Below are positions 63,288 to 64,000 of a stretch of DNA of 64,000 bases, in pieces. Positions within the stretch are counted from its first letter, which is position 1; every line of letters starts with the position of its first letter. The notes below the pieces were generated by a model that did not search any database, was not told the origin of the DNA, and saw only the letters and a program-made list of their open reading frames with translations. A program made the translations under genes and the position numbers. This DNA comes from Dehalococcoidia bacterium (GTDB lineage Bacteria > Chloroflexota > Dehalococcoidia > GIF9 > UBA5629): NCBI GenBank assembly GCA_003142375.1, contig PLME01000020.1, forward strand, positions 42,765-106,764. The letters are read 5' to 3'.

Positions 63288-64000
63288 TTGGGCACATTCA
63301 CAGGGAAGGTTATAATCGTTACTGGCGGCAGCTCAGGCATAGGCCGCGCCGCTGCTATTTTGTTCGGCAAAGAGGGCGGAAAGGTGGTGGTGGCCAACAG
63401 GCGCATCAAGGAAGGCGAGGAAACCGTGAAGATGATCAAAGACGCCGGCGGCGAAGGTATATTTGTGCAAACGGATGTGAGGATTGCCGCACAGGTGGAA
63501 AACATGGTCAAGAAAACGGTTGATACCTATGGGAAACTTGATATCGCCTTCAACAATGCCGGCCTTGCCGGCGTCTTCCAGAAGCTGACCGATGAAAGCG
63601 AGGAGATATTCTACGCACAAATAGACACCAACCTGAAGGGCATCTGGCTGTGCATGAAAAACGAGATACCTGTTATGCTCAAACAGGGCGGCGGCGTGAT
63701 CGTGAACAACGCCTCCATCACCGGCCTGAGGGCGCTGAGGAAGCTCAACAGCTATAGCGCCAGCAAGCATGCCGTAGTCGGCCTGACCAACTCAGCCGCC
63801 AAGGAGTACGCCCCGTACAATATCCGTATCGTGGCAGTGTGCCCGGGCTGGACCAAAACGCCCATGTTGTGGGAATTCACCTCAAACCCGGAATTAATGA
63901 AGAAAACCGAGGCCACAGTGCCTTTGCGCAGGATGGCAAGGCCCGAGGAAATCGCAGAGCTGGTCATCTTCCTGGCATCGGATAAGGCATCCTATATCGC
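63288..64000 (+). CDS. SDR family oxidoreductase (3' end outside window; absent from the ORF track because it has no in-window stop)
   Basis: Hand translation from the TTG at 63288 (AGGAGG 5 nt upstream) gives GKVIIVTGGSSGIGRAAA, NNAG, YSASKHAVVGLT and PGWTKTPM. Confidence 0.85.
   Translation, partial: MGTFTGKVIIVTGGSSGIGRAAAILFGKEGGKVVVANRRIKEGEETVKMIKDAGGEGIFVQTDVRIAAQVENMVKKTVDTYGKLDIAFNNAGLAGVFQKLTDESEEIFYAQIDTNLKGIWLCMKNEIPVMLKQGGGVIVNNASITGLRALRKLNSYSASKHAVVGLTNSAAKEYAPYNIRIVAVCPGWTKTPMLWEFTSNPELMKKTEATVPLRRMARPEEIAELVIFLASDKASYI

Overview
This 64-kb window comes from a moderately GC-rich bacterial chromosome. The gene content suggests an anaerobe: a four-subunit 2-oxoacid:ferredoxin oxidoreductase, ADP-forming acyl-CoA synthetases, an Fe-type alcohol dehydrogenase (Fe-ADH) and ferredoxins. 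A Chloroflexota-like origin is only a guess. I found no rRNA, tRNA, CRISPR array, integrase or transposase.

The core content is as follows:
- sbcC 3' end.
- LOG-family and beta-CASP genes.
- A GNAT, MshA-like GT4 and LmbE-deacetylase trio.
- Three nitronate-monooxygenase (NMO/FabK-like) paralogs interleaved with two NDP-forming acyl-CoA synthetase genes.
- A complete phoU-pstBACS-phoR-phoB block with a clear 4 x 11-bp Pho box.
- rpoD.
- A Crp/Fnr regulator plus ferredoxin.
- A cation diffusion facilitator (CDF) transporter with a structured leader.
- recN with an SOS-box promoter.
- SDR, flavoprotein, RidA and VOC genes.
- Zn-ADH.
- korDABG-type oxidoreductase.
- TetR.

The accessory or unusual content is as follows:
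1. A Cys-rich 101-aa precursor-like ORF is translationally coupled to a radical SAM enzyme (38.8-40.1 kb). This looks like a RiPP (ribosomally synthesised, post-translationally modified peptide) module.
2. Divergent from it is a four-gene operon (40.5-44.7 kb). It encodes a signal-peptide-less legumain-like (clan CD) protease and a protein with an unrecognised Cys-His domain.
3. A visibly AT-richer island (about 54.1-60.8 kb) encodes secreted proteins and its own two-component system. The secreted proteins are a caspase-like protease with an EF-hand, a second copy of the same Cys-His domain, a paralogous domain pair and a beta/gamma-crystallin-fold protein. Three copies of a conserved 4 x 11-bp direct-repeat promoter element lie in this island.
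4. A second AT-rich islet (47.3-50.2 kb) carries a PIN-like protein and an SF2 helicase.
5. A TIR-TM-ConA-like receptor-type protein is convergent with a TrkA-N/RyR-domain membrane protein.
6. Two 46-aa zinc-ribbon genes fall below the ORF-track cutoff.

All family assignments are from motif recognition by eye. No searches or computations were run.
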